DNA of 64,000 nucleotides from a virus. Both the position numbers and the translations under genes were made by a program. Each line of letters starts with the position of its first letter. Position 1 is the first letter of the stretch. The stretch covers positions 32,001 to 96,000 of the IMG/VR virus record IMGVR_UViG_3300042691_031577, one strand, 5' to 3'. The notes beneath the pieces were generated by a model that was given only the letters and a program-made list of their open reading frames with translations, searched no databases and was not told the origin of the DNA. Shown here in pieces: positions 1-9,519 of this stretch.

Positions 1-48
1 ATTTAACTCATTGTGAGTTAAATCAATTGAAAATATATCCATAACTTA

Positions 49-291
49 TTATTTTGTTTGTTCTAAATATTGATTTTGTAGTTTAACTACCATAGTGTAA
101 ATAGCCTCTACGTCTTCTCCAAGGAAACTTGATCTCTTTATTAAAGTTAATAACACCTCTAACTCCTTAGAATTTAATTGATTTGGAGTTTGTTTAGTTT
201 GTGTTAGTTTAACCTGAGTAGAGTTAACTCCTTCAATATGATTAGCTGTAAAACTCATAACTGATTTAAAAAATTTTATGAATAAATCCAA
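49..291 (-). CDS. Hypothetical protein, possibly fibre-associated chaperone
   Basis: 80-aa ORF directly downstream of a fibre-like gene; helical C-terminus. Confidence 0.5.
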   Translation of the reverse strand: MDLFIKFFKSVMSFTANHIEGVNSTQVKLTQTKQTPNQLNSKELEVLLTLIKRSSFLGEDVEAIYTMVVKLQNQYLEQTK

Positions 292-1007
292 ATATTTTCG
301 TCTGTACCTATAAATATATTACCTCCTACTTGGTATCTTGCTGGTGCTGCTGTTGGTGATGTGCCTGCACCTATAACAGCTGCAGCTACAAAAGCATCAG
401 GAGTAAAAGAACTATTAGCACCATTAAATGAACTAGTAAATGCCCATCTTGTAGTACCACTATCAAATGCAAATAACTCACCTACATTTTGAGTACCTTG
501 TTGAACTACAATACCACCATCACCAGTTGTATTTGAACCAGAGGCTAATAATACAAATCTATCTGCTACTTCTAAGTTAGTAGTGTTTTGAAATGATGCT
601 GTACCTTGTACTGTTAAATTATTTGTAATAACAGCATTACCTGTGACTGTTAATAAAGTACCATCAAATGTTAAATTAGATTCACCATTAATAGTACCAC
701 CACCAGTTGCTGTTATTATTCTATTATCAACATTATTAGTAATAGCATTTGTTAAATTATTAACAGATGAAGCATATGAAGCTGAAGTACTATTTAAAGC
801 ATATGATGCACTAGTAGCATTTAAGGCATATGATGCTGAGGTACTATTTAGAGCATATGATGCACTAGTAGCATTTAGAGCGTAGGATGAACTTAAACCT
901 TGAGAAGCATATGATGCTGTACCTGATAAGTTTCCTAAAAATGATGAAGTAACTGATAATAATTCCGCATTACTACCTGATACTATGACTTTTTTCCATG
1001 TTGCCAT
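276..1007 (-). CDS. Tail fibre / virion structural protein with SYALN(A/S)TSA repeats
   Basis: Ser/Thr/Gly-rich; tandem 9-aa repeats; late promoter motif at 1030-1038. Confidence 0.65.
   Translation of the reverse strand: MATWKKVIVSGSNAELLSVTSSFLGNLSGTASYASQGLSSSYALNATSASYALNSTSASYALNATSASYALNSTSASYASSVNNLTNAITNNVDNRIITATGGGTINGESNLTFDGTLLTVTGNAVITNNLTVQGTASFQNTTNLEVADRFVLLASGSNTTGDGGIVVQQGTQNVGELFAFDSGTTRWAFTSSFNGANSSFTPDAFVAAAVIGAGTSPTAAPARYQVGGNIFIGTDENIWIYS
772..888. repeat. Tandem 27-bp coding repeat (about 4 units; SYALNATSA / SYALNSTSA alternate)
   Basis: gcatatga recurs every 27 nt within the fibre gene. Confidence 0.85.
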
Positions 1008-1040
1008 TATATATTACTTTAATGTTTGTTATAAATATGT

Positions 1041-1424
1041 TTAATTTTCTAATCCTACATAAAAAGATGAAGAAGTAAAGTATATGCTTCCAGCTACTGT
1101 TGAACCTGTTAATGGAGCTGATTGAGTGGCAAAATATACTATACTTTCACTAACTTTAAATGTTGTTTGACCTGTATTATTTTTAATTAAGAATATGTTA
1201 TTAGTAATAGTAGTAGTGTCTGAAGTTATAGATATTAATTCAGCACTAGCTGACTTAACTAAAAATAAATTACCAATGGGACTTACACTAGCAGTTACAC
1301 TACCTGATGTTATTTCATTTCCTTTTACTGTTAAATTAGTTAAACCACTACCATCGCCAAAAAATGACCCACTAAATGAACCGGATAACGGATATTGTAT
1401 TTGTTTACTGGTAATTAATGCCAT
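1041..1424 (-). CDS. Small virion/fibre-like structural protein
   Basis: GSFSGSFFGDGSGLTNL motif typical of phage fibre proteins. Confidence 0.55.
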   Translation of the reverse strand: MALITSKQIQYPLSGSFSGSFFGDGSGLTNLTVKGNEITSGSVTASVSPIGNLFLVKSASAELISITSDTTTITNNIFLIKNNTGQTTFKVSESIVYFATQSAPLTGSTVAGSIYFTSSSFYVGLEN

Positions 1425-2692
1425 TATGTGAATTTTCCTATTGCTACTACTTCGTCTGTTAAATTTAATGAATAACCTATAGATGATGTATTGAAAGTTG
1501 TCACTACATTTCCTCCACTTTCTAATAAAGATACAGCAGAAGAAGGAACGTATTGGCCGTTAATATAAAACACAAAGTTACTTACTGTTGTAGCTGGTAA
1601 ACTTGATCCTGCTGGTGGTTGTAATATAGATGCACTAGTAAATGTAGCGATATTAGGAACTGTTACAGAACCTGCTATTTTAGTAATATTGGTATTAATA
1701 TATTCTAAATCAGCATTACTTGCTCCTGTGCTTGTTACATTAGTTACATTAATTCCTCCTCCTATAAATGAAGTTGCACCTGTAGCATTTTTAGCTGCTG
1801 GTTTATTTGCAAATTTCATTTCATCTATATTTGTTGTTGTTCCTGCTCCGTCTATTACTTCTAAATTAAAAACCACTTGAGATGTTGTATAAAATTTACT
1901 ACGAGCTACTGCTAAATCTTTATTTACTGTATCAGGAATGATATATCCATTTAAAACAAGATTAAAAGTAGAGCGAGCCGCTCTATCTTCTCCTTGTTCT
2001 AATAAAGTAGTTGTAGTAAATGAATCTATTCTGGCTTTGAATTTCCATCTGTTTGGATCACCCCAATATGAATCAGAAGCAAATTCAATTGCTTCTACTA
2101 ACTTATTGTTTTGTTCAACATAATCTGTAAATACAACACATGAATATGTTAAAGTAACATAATCAGGTACAGCACTCATGTAATACTGTTCTGAGGGTAT
2201 TCTATTATTTATAACAGAGAATCTATCATATGCATTTCTGATATTGTACTTTGTACCTATAACTTGATATAAATGAGCTCTATTGCCGTCTAATTTATTT
2301 CCTAATGTTCTATTTTTTTCAACATTTTCACGTTTGAACATTATAAGAGGAGCTAATCCTTTTCCGTTAGCATCACGATAGAAACCATCTGCTTGAACTG
2401 ATTTCCAACGTTCTGGAGAGCCATAAATTACAGGAACTGTTATTTGTTGTCCGTTTTGTATTACAGATGGTTTTATAACACTTTCAAAATAATATAATAC
2501 AGCATAATCTAAATCTTCTAGTCCTATACTTACGTCTTTAACAGTGTCTCCTTTAAACGAAATATCTTTACCTCTATTTTTAGAAAATACAGTATTACTA
2601 ACAGGTTTTCCTTGATCTTTTAAATAAGGAATAACTTGTTCTTGACTAATTTCAGCTGCATTTTTAGGTATAGGTTTAAGAGATCTAGCCAT
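1424..2692 (-). CDS. Tail sheath stabiliser / tail terminator, T4 gp15-like, with C-terminal extension
   Basis: VPVIYGSPERW and VPDYVTLTY motifs; synteny with gp13/gp14-like genes. Confidence 0.65.
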   Translation of the reverse strand: MARSLKPIPKNAAEISQEQVIPYLKDQGKPVSNTVFSKNRGKDISFKGDTVKDVSIGLEDLDYAVLYYFESVIKPSVIQNGQQITVPVIYGSPERWKSVQADGFYRDANGKGLAPLIMFKRENVEKNRTLGNKLDGNRAHLYQVIGTKYNIRNAYDRFSVINNRIPSEQYYMSAVPDYVTLTYSCVVFTDYVEQNNKLVEAIEFASDSYWGDPNRWKFKARIDSFTTTTLLEQGEDRAARSTFNLVLNGYIIPDTVNKDLAVARSKFYTTSQVVFNLEVIDGAGTTTNIDEMKFANKPAAKNATGATSFIGGGINVTNVTSTGASNADLEYINTNITKIAGSVTVPNIATFTSASILQPPAGSSLPATTVSNFVFYINGQYVPSSAVSLLESGGNVVTTFNTSSIGYSLNLTDEVVAIGKFT

Positions 2693-3054
2693 TACTGTTG
2701 TTTTCTTTGTAATTCTAACATTTTATCTAATGCTAATATCATTTGGGCGGCTTTATATAAATAACTATTAGCGTCTTTAGCTACTTTAGCTATATCTTCA
2801 TTAGTAGAATATTTAAATGCCTGTACTTCTCTTCTGTATTTTAAAACATTTCTTCGTATTTCATCAAATTTAGGAAGTGCTTCAAACTCTTGTGTATAAG
2901 CGCCGGTTTCAGGATCCATAGAAGTTTTTATACTTTTATATCCTCTTTCAAAAGCCTCATCACCTTTTTTAGGTTTAAAAGCAGCTACTTTTTCACCACT
3001 TTTCCCAGTTACAGGGATTTCAGCTTCATTTAATATATCTAATAATTTAATCAT
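2692..3054 (-). CDS. Putative internal head protein with MIKLLDILNE leader (start reassigned from 3135)
   Basis: ATATTTA-N5-ATG immediately before 3054; shared leader motif. Confidence 0.6.
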   Translation of the reverse strand: MIKLLDILNEAEIPVTGKSGEKVAAFKPKKGDEAFERGYKSIKTSMDPETGAYTQEFEALPKFDEIRRNVLKYRREVQAFKYSTNEDIAKVAKDANSYLYKAAQMILALDKMLELQRKQQ

Positions 3055-3065
3055 GTTAATAAATA

Positions 3066-3602
3066 TTATAATCTTGTTTGAGTTATACCTAATATTTCTG
3101 GTCTCATATAATGGCATGTTACTATGATCGACCATGATGAACCAAAATTATCTGTGTTAGTTGAATAAGAATAGTTATAATCCTTACCTACAACTAACTG
3201 ATTTTCGTTTACATTGTCTACTTCATAGTAATCGTTATTCCATAAAACAACATCTCCTATCTCAGGTACTATGTTATATGTAAAGCCTCTAGCATCTGGG
3301 CCAAGTTCGGTGCTTAAGTCAATACCTGCGAGATCATCGCGTAAAAAGCGGCAAGTAATATTACGATTTATATCAGGTCCAAAATCATCTGTTGTTGAGA
3401 TAGTATCTCCGCGTTCAATTAAACAATTTAATAATACCGGGTCATTATATGTCTTTTTAGGAGCCTCACCATACATGTTAGGTAAAGAACGATCCAATAC
3501 TATTTTATAATATCCTACCTTTTGCTCAATGATATCATTGAGTAATTCTCTATTTATATGTCTAAATAGACTTATATCCCTATTTGCTCCAAATAAACTC
3601 AT
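3066..3602 (-). CDS. Neck / head-closure protein, T4 gp14-like
   Basis: MYGE...PEIGDVV..NNDYYEV pattern; lies between gp13- and gp15-like genes. Confidence 0.6.
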   Translation of the reverse strand: MSLFGANRDISLFRHINRELLNDIIEQKVGYYKIVLDRSLPNMYGEAPKKTYNDPVLLNCLIERGDTISTTDDFGPDINRNITCRFLRDDLAGIDLSTELGPDARGFTYNIVPEIGDVVLWNNDYYEVDNVNENQLVVGKDYNYSYSTNTDNFGSSWSIIVTCHYMRPEILGITQTRL

Positions 3603-3940
3603 TATAGGGTAGTTATTTTTTCTAAAGTTTTAAACCTAGGCATAAATTTTAATAATCCTGGAATTTTTTGGGTCGCTAAGGCTCTTCTTTTAATTTCTGC
3701 TATTGATTCTTTTGGATCTTTTCTCACAATATATTTCATATGCAGTAAAGCATATTCAGTTTGATCTGTAATTAAAGTATTTAGATAAGTATTTTGTTCT
3801 ACTTTAACAACAACAACTCCATCTATACCTCTAATTTCATTATAGATATCTACTTTATTTGCTTGTCTTTCTACTTTAATCATTACTTCTATTTCATATA
3901 TAGAAAGTACTTCAAGTAATAAATTTTGTAATTTTACCAT
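3602..3940 (-). CDS. Hypothetical protein with MVKLQNLLLE leader
   Basis: ORF; leader motif. Confidence 0.55.
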   Translation of the reverse strand: MVKLQNLLLEVLSIYEIEVMIKVERQANKVDIYNEIRGIDGVVVVKVEQNTYLNTLITDQTEYALLHMKYIVRKDPKESIAEIKRRALATQKIPGLLKFMPRFKTLEKITTL

Positions 3941-3943
3941 AGC

Positions 3944-5101
3944 TTAAAATATATAAATTCCCATTGGTACATTGATTAATGCTTTTTGCATGTTTTCAGC
4001 TTCCAATGCTTGGTTTTCTAATTGAGTTTTACGAGAAGCATCACTTAATGTAGCTCTTAAAACTTCTAATAATTTTTCTTTTTCAGTTCTAGCATCAGCT
4101 AATAAATCAGCTTGATTTAAAGTAACTTCAGCTCCAGGAATAGGTACTGTACTGTATTTACCTCTAATGTAGGCTAACATTTCTTTACATATTGCTAAAG
4201 TGTACTGATATATCCATTGTTTACCTACAGCATTAATAAAACCAAATGTAGGATTAGTATAAGGGACATTTGAAACGTCTGTTATTCTACCAGAACCTAA
4301 ACCACTACCACTAAGAGGGATTATACTATTTCTTTCATTTACTAATATATAATGAAAAAACATTTTTAGATCAGTAGTAGGAATAGGGAATATTCTTAAT
4401 TTATTGTTTATTAAGTCAAATGAGTAAGCTGATTTTCTAATCTGATCATTTAATTCAATAGCTTGTATTTTTTGAACATCAAAATATATAGGCATTAACA
4501 AAAAGTTAATACCAGGTGAAAATTGACCAAATCCAAATGTTTCTAATAATGATTGAATACCAGTACCTGTACCAGCATATGGGTCAAAATAACGAACTAT
4601 TGCTGGTGGTTCTTGGTAAAATACTTTCTTAACTTCAATAGATGATGTAATACCATATGAACTAGACATGATTGTTTTTAAATCATAATCCTGGACACCA
4701 GGAATCATATCAAATGAAGCTGTGTATTGAGTAATATTACCTCCTGAACCCGCTTCAACAGCATATGTTTGGGAAAGACGTACTGTACTACCTAAATTAG
4801 GGGTAACTACTTGGTTATTGAATGAAGAACCGGTTGAATTTCCTTGCATTGCAAAGAAGTTTTCACGTATTTTCCATTGGTATACTTCATTTCCGTAAAC
4901 TGTAATGGCTTCCTCAAATGCTGTGTAGAAATTAATGTCTTGCAATTCAATTTCCATTAATGGGTAACCTAATCTACGAGCACACCAATTTGCTACTTTA
5001 TCAGCTTCTTGTTGAAAAGACGCGTCATAATCATAGAAACCAAATGGGGTACTTCCAGGTACGAATGAACTTGAGCCAGGCCAAATAGGAATGTTTGCCA
5101 T
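3944..5101 (-). CDS. Neck / head-tail adaptor, T4 gp13-like
   Basis: RRLGYPLMEIEL and IPGAEVTLN..LLADARTEKEKL match gp13 terminal motifs. Confidence 0.8.
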   Translation of the reverse strand: MANIPIWPGSSSFVPGSTPFGFYDYDASFQQEADKVANWCARRLGYPLMEIELQDINFYTAFEEAITVYGNEVYQWKIRENFFAMQGNSTGSSFNNQVVTPNLGSTVRLSQTYAVEAGSGGNITQYTASFDMIPGVQDYDLKTIMSSSYGITSSIEVKKVFYQEPPAIVRYFDPYAGTGTGIQSLLETFGFGQFSPGINFLLMPIYFDVQKIQAIELNDQIRKSAYSFDLINNKLRIFPIPTTDLKMFFHYILVNERNSIIPLSGSGLGSGRITDVSNVPYTNPTFGFINAVGKQWIYQYTLAICKEMLAYIRGKYSTVPIPGAEVTLNQADLLADARTEKEKLLEVLRATLSDASRKTQLENQALEAENMQKALINVPMGIYIF

Positions 5102-5146
5102 ATTATATTATTGTAAATATTGTTATATCATATAAATATATGACTA

Positions 5147-6169
5147 TTATAGCTTAGTTATAATAACATAACCATGTCCTTGATTAATGTTACTAGAACC
5201 AGTAACAAATGATCCAGTATAGAATGTACCTCCACCACCACCAAATGAACTATTAGATGCTCCTGAATTTCCTCCAGCACCACCCCCTGAGTATCCACCT
5301 CCACCTCCAGCCCATCCTATAATATTAGGATCACCACTTGCATCACCATCAACAGCTCCACCACCTCCACCAAATCCACCCTCAACACCATTTATATTTG
5401 AAGTTGAACCAGTAGTACCACCTAACCAATTTCCAACTCTAGATAATCCTTGACCTCCATTAGCAGCTGAACCTGATGAATTAATACCTGCTCCTGGGGC
5501 TCCATATAAAATATTTCTATTACTTCTAAATCCACCACTACCATTAAACCCTCCTGAACCTGAAAATCCACTTCCTATATTTACTGTAGAGCCGGATGTG
5601 GTGTTAAATTTACCACTAGCTGTAGCTTGATTTGAAAATAAGTTAACTAAAGCACCAGCAGCACCACCACCACCACCTACAGCTAAATAATATGTTATAG
5701 AAGAACTATCATAAACAAATGTACCCCCACCACCTGATCCACCATTAAATGTTGCTGCTCCTGAACCTGTAAATCTATTTCCTCCTCTTTGTCCTACTAC
5801 AATTAATATTTTTTGATTTTGAGTTAAAGAAATATCTGTAGTTACAGATGCTCCAAATCCACCACTAAAATTTAATGTTGGGCTATTACCTCCAGCTGCA
5901 CCTGCTGCTACTATTCTATAAGTTGCTGTGGCTGGTACAGTCCATTCTTGAATACCTCGAATGGAAGCTGAAAAATATAATGATGATGTTACCCAAGAAG
6001 CGGTGGTAGCATATGAAGCTGTCAATTGTTGGTAAGTAGGACCTTGCCTACCTGTGGCTCCAGCATTAGTGAAAGTAAATGTTGTAAAATCATATAAAGA
6101 AGATGTATCTGGGGGTGATACAGGAGAAGGTGTACTTTGAGCAAAAAAACCAAATATAGGATAAATCAT
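5147..6169 (-). CDS. Glycine-rich adhesin-like protein with ALK/LTK-type glycine-rich domain
   Basis: FTNAGATGRQGPT, GIQEWTVPATATYRIVAAGAAGG, LIVVGQRG, polyG runs, GHGYVII. Confidence 0.7.
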   Translation of the reverse strand: MIYPIFGFFAQSTPSPVSPPDTSSLYDFTTFTFTNAGATGRQGPTYQQLTASYATTASWVTSSLYFSASIRGIQEWTVPATATYRIVAAGAAGGNSPTLNFSGGFGASVTTDISLTQNQKILIVVGQRGGNRFTGSGAATFNGGSGGGGTFVYDSSSITYYLAVGGGGGAAGALVNLFSNQATASGKFNTTSGSTVNIGSGFSGSGGFNGSGGFRSNRNILYGAPGAGINSSGSAANGGQGLSRVGNWLGGTTGSTSNINGVEGGFGGGGGAVDGDASGDPNIIGWAGGGGGYSGGGAGGNSGASNSSFGGGGGTFYTGSFVTGSSNINQGHGYVIITKL

Positions 6170-7410
6170 ATCAAATTCTTCACATTTACTAAATACAAAT
6201 TACTACTATCTAATGATACAAAAGTTAATATATCTGTTCCAGTTGTAGTTGTAGGAGTATAAGAAGATCCACTTGGTTGTTTAACTGTAGAAGGAAAACT
6301 AACTGTAGCAGATCCTGTAGTAGATAGTAGAAGTATACTTGATTGACCTGGTTTAATATTTGAAGGATTAATATGTGTATTTACTCCTGCTACTAACTGT
6401 AAAGTAAAGAAATTACCTGAGTTTAAATTTAATGATGCTGTGTTTGATGATATAGTTAAAGTTGTAACATTTCCTTGAGTAGAACCTGTGATAACAACAC
6501 TTTGATTAAGATTATTAATGAATGAGGATGATATACTGTTATTTGCCCAACTAGAAGTACCTAATAAAGACCCAGTTATACCATTAGTAACATTTAAAGT
6601 ACCTGTAATAGAGGTATTAATACCTATAGAAACATTTGAATCATTATCTATAATATTTGAATCATATAAATGGTCTCCACCCTGTCCTCTTAATACTCTG
6701 TATTGAGTAGGATAAATTACATTTGACAATGATCCAGTGTTACGAGGTCCTGACATGAATCCTCCACCATTATATGTGCTTCCACTAGCATTCTCGTAAA
6801 CAAAGTGATTTGTTTGAGAATCCCAAACAATAGAAGAAGTAGTATTCGATCCAGAATCATACACTTGAATACCTGAAAAACGAGCTGGTGTACCAGATGA
6901 GTTTAAAACAATATATTGATCTCCTATAATTACAGCTGATCCAGAAATATATTCTACATATCCAATAGAAGCAGATACTGCGTTTAATATATTTGTATTT
7001 ATGTTATTATTAACTAATAAATTTGAGGCTGTTAAATTTAGTCCACTGTTAATATTTGAAGCAAAAGATGATGTTATGCTATTATTTGCCCAACTAGAAG
7101 TTCCAAATAATGAACCTGTAAATCCTAAAGTTGATGTTGTAGATCCTGTTATTATTTGATTACCATTAAAGTTATTTGAACCTGTAGTAGCAAATGAACC
7201 TGTTGCAAATGAACCTGTACCTGGAGATCCAGCTGCTCCTGCTATTCCTTGAGGGCCGGGCGTTGCTACCTGTATTATATTGAGTGCGGGTTGGATAAGA
7301 CTAATTTCAATGTTACTGGTTTCATTAACAACTGTTATTTGGTTGTTATTATTTTGTACAGTAACACTATTAGTTGTGTTTACTATTTCAACTTGATTAG
7401 GTGTAGCCAT
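6166..7410 (-). CDS. Tail fibre protein
   Basis: Short collagen-like GPQGIAGAAGSPG; repeated TGSL(F/L)GTSSWANNSI. Confidence 0.65.
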   Translation of the reverse strand: MATPNQVEIVNTTNSVTVQNNNNQITVVNETSNIEISLIQPALNIIQVATPGPQGIAGAAGSPGTGSFATGSFATTGSNNFNGNQIITGSTTSTLGFTGSLFGTSSWANNSITSSFASNINSGLNLTASNLLVNNNINTNILNAVSASIGYVEYISGSAVIIGDQYIVLNSSGTPARFSGIQVYDSGSNTTSSIVWDSQTNHFVYENASGSTYNGGGFMSGPRNTGSLSNVIYPTQYRVLRGQGGDHLYDSNIIDNDSNVSIGINTSITGTLNVTNGITGSLLGTSSWANNSISSSFINNLNQSVVITGSTQGNVTTLTISSNTASLNLNSGNFFTLQLVAGVNTHINPSNIKPGQSSILLLSTTGSATVSFPSTVKQPSGSSYTPTTTTGTDILTFVSLDSSNLYLVNVKNLI

Positions 7411-7817
7411 TAATATGTTACTTGTTTAGAAATACTTATTCTACCTTCTAATATTCTTGTTCTAATACTTCCTGAGGTTATTTCTAAATCATAATATGCT
7501 TGGTCAGTAAATGTTAAAGCGTCTGTAGCTGCCCAACCAGCGTATATTCCTATACTACCTGATGTAGTTGGTTTTGTTTGGGTACTACCGGCAAAACATA
7601 AAAATACACTACCACTAGTTTTAGCAGGAGTAAGATCAGCTAAACTAGAGGTAAATGTTAAATAAGTTGTGCCACTACCACTATAACTTGAGCGTATTTG
7701 CATAGCTCCAGTATATCCTGTTAGGTCTATAGGATTACCATTAGAATCTTTATATTGAATTTCAAAATCTAAAGTAGCCCCTTGCTCTATTATAAATGAA
7801 TATTTTCCAGCTGACAT
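7410..7817 (-). CDS. Virion fibre-attachment protein (BppU-N-like Ig fold)
   Basis: IEQGAT...PIDLTGYT..MQIR...YYDLEI motif. Confidence 0.55.
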   Translation of the reverse strand: MSAGKYSFIIEQGATLDFEIQYKDSNGNPIDLTGYTGAMQIRSSYSGSGTTYLTFTSSLADLTPAKTSGSVFLCFAGSTQTKPTTSGSIGIYAGWAATDALTFTDQAYYDLEITSGSIRTRILEGRISISKQVTY

Positions 7818-7844
7818 GTGTTTTACTATAAATATTGGAAAATA

Positions 7845-8513
7845 CTATTTTCCGTATTCATAATCTAATATTTTACCAACTAGATCTGAGCGGTGGTTTT
7901 CTTTTAGTTTAACCCATTTTATTTCATCAATCTTTTTAGACATTTCAATAGCATATGTTAAACCATTCATTTGTCCGTCAGGTGTTTTGATGTCTGTTTG
8001 CTCATTATCGCCATTTACAACGATTTTACCGTTTTTACCTAAACGAGTTAATATGGCTAACATTTCGCCTTTAGTTAGGTTTTGAGCTTCTTCAACAATT
8101 AATATATCATCAATTGTTTTACCACGTATAAATTGTACTGGCATTGCTTTTACTTTGCCTTGTTCAATTAATTTAGATACTTCATTTTTGTCAACACAGC
8201 ATTTGTTTAAATTTTCAACTAATGCTTCCATGTATGGATCAAATTTTTCATTTAAAGCACCAGGTAAATAACCTAAACTTTTACCTACTTCAACTGCTGC
8301 GCGTGTGTTGTATATACAGTCAATTTGTTTTTTCTTTAAAAAATCTAATGCTGCGTTAGCACATACTAATGATTTTCCTGAACCTGCTCTACCTGTGATT
8401 ATTACTATTTGATTTTCAATAATTAATCGTTTGGCTTCTTTTTGTTCTTCATTTAATTGTAGGGCGTTGATTGCTTTAATTTCGCTTTTGCGTTCACGAT
8501 TTGGCTCCTTCAT
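7845..8513 (-). CDS. phoH: PhoH-family ATPase
   Basis: GRAGSGKS Walker A, LGYLPG, RGKT, EEAQN, LTRLG, GD..Q.D, HRS. Confidence 0.92.
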   Translation of the reverse strand: MKEPNRERKSEIKAINALQLNEEQKEAKRLIIENQIVIITGRAGSGKSLVCANAALDFLKKKQIDCIYNTRAAVEVGKSLGYLPGALNEKFDPYMEALVENLNKCCVDKNEVSKLIEQGKVKAMPVQFIRGKTIDDILIVEEAQNLTKGEMLAILTRLGKNGKIVVNGDNEQTDIKTPDGQMNGLTYAIEMSKKIDEIKWVKLKENHRSDLVGKILDYEYGK

Positions 8514-8541
8514 AATAACAATTATTTAATATAAATATAAC

Positions 8542-8568
8542 AAAAAAAGCCGAGCAATGCTCGGCTTT
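8542..8568 (-). terminator. Intrinsic terminator
   Basis: aaagccgagca-a-tgctcggcttt hairpin with T-run on minus strand. Confidence 0.8.
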
Positions 8569-8592
8569 CTTATATTTCTAAGTTAAGTTAGA

Positions 8593-8883
8593 TTAGATAT
8601 TTTCAATAAAGGTATATTCTGATTCGTCTGATATTTTGTTAATAAGTTGACGAAAATCACTACTGCTTAATTTATTTCCTGGTATTAGGTTAGGGTTTCT
8701 TGGGATGATTACGTCATTTACTATTGTATATACATCATCATGTGAAATTTCATTGTTGTTATAGTTATTATCCATATAAAATATAACTTTATCATATAAT
8801 GTATTTAATAAACTATTATTGTTTTCATTTATAATCCCAGCTAACTGCTGCATTCTTTTGATTTCATTAATTACTGTTTTCAT
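8593..8883 (-). CDS. Small protein with scaffold-like EIKRMQQLAGI leader
   Basis: ORF; first 20 aa shared with 12397..12753. Confidence 0.6.
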   Translation of the reverse strand: MKTVINEIKRMQQLAGIINENNNSLLNTLYDKVIFYMDNNYNNNEISHDDVYTIVNDVIIPRNPNLIPGNKLSSSDFRQLINKISDESEYTFIENI

Positions 8884-9433
8884 GTATATAAATATTATCA
8901 GACTTTACTCTATTATCAGTTATTGTAAGTGGTTGGGTATTAGTGTAGTGGAATGATCCGCCTTTAGCTAACGGATATATATGATCTATTTCCCAATATG
9001 AACCATAATTATCCCAATTTATTTCTGGTGTGAACATTGGTTCAAGGTATTCTTTGTATTCTTGTATTGTACAACCTAAATATTCAATACTACTTTGTGA
9101 TTTACCTTTTTTAAGGTGGTGGTTGATGAGAGCGTTGATTGCGTGGCGGAGACGGAATAGTGGGTCTGTATCCATTTTATACCTATTCCATTCGCGGTAG
9201 TAGTCTTTATTTGTATGATAATGTTCGTTTACTAATTTTTTATGGTATTCTTTGTTTTCTTCTCTCCATTTTGATGTACGAGTATTGTGTTCGTCTTTGT
9301 GAGTAGAATAATATTGTTTACCTTCTACTTTTTGACAGTCTACACAATAACGATGTAGTCCGTCTTTTTCTCCTTTGCGTTTCCAATATTGATCTAGTGG
9401 TTTATCAACACCACATTTTTTACATGTTTTCAT
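8867..9433 (-). CDS. HNH homing endonuclease with N-terminal Zn finger (start reassigned from 9481)
   Basis: CKKC...C..C, WEIDHIYPL..GG..HYTNTQPL...N; late promoter at 9439-9447. Confidence 0.85.
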   Translation of the reverse strand: MKTCKKCGVDKPLDQYWKRKGEKDGLHRYCVDCQKVEGKQYYSTHKDEHNTRTSKWREENKEYHKKLVNEHYHTNKDYYREWNRYKMDTDPLFRLRHAINALINHHLKKGKSQSSIEYLGCTIQEYKEYLEPMFTPEINWDNYGSYWEIDHIYPLAKGGSFHYTNTQPLTITDNRVKSDNIYIHENSN

Positions 9434-9449
9434 ACGTGTATAAATATAC

Positions 9450-9479
9450 AAAAGAAAGGCCGGACTACAAAGTCCGGCC
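9450..9479 (-). terminator. Intrinsic terminator after major capsid gene
   Basis: GGCCGGACT-TTGT-AGTCCGGCC-TTTCTTTT on minus strand. Confidence 0.85.
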
Positions 9480-9519
9480 ATTCTCTTTTTAACCTTACGG
9501 TTAGTTATGTTATACTAGA

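Noticed and set aside
276-7410. Diversity-generating retroelement acting on fibre genes
   Set aside because: No reverse transcriptase and no template/variable repeat pair seen in this window
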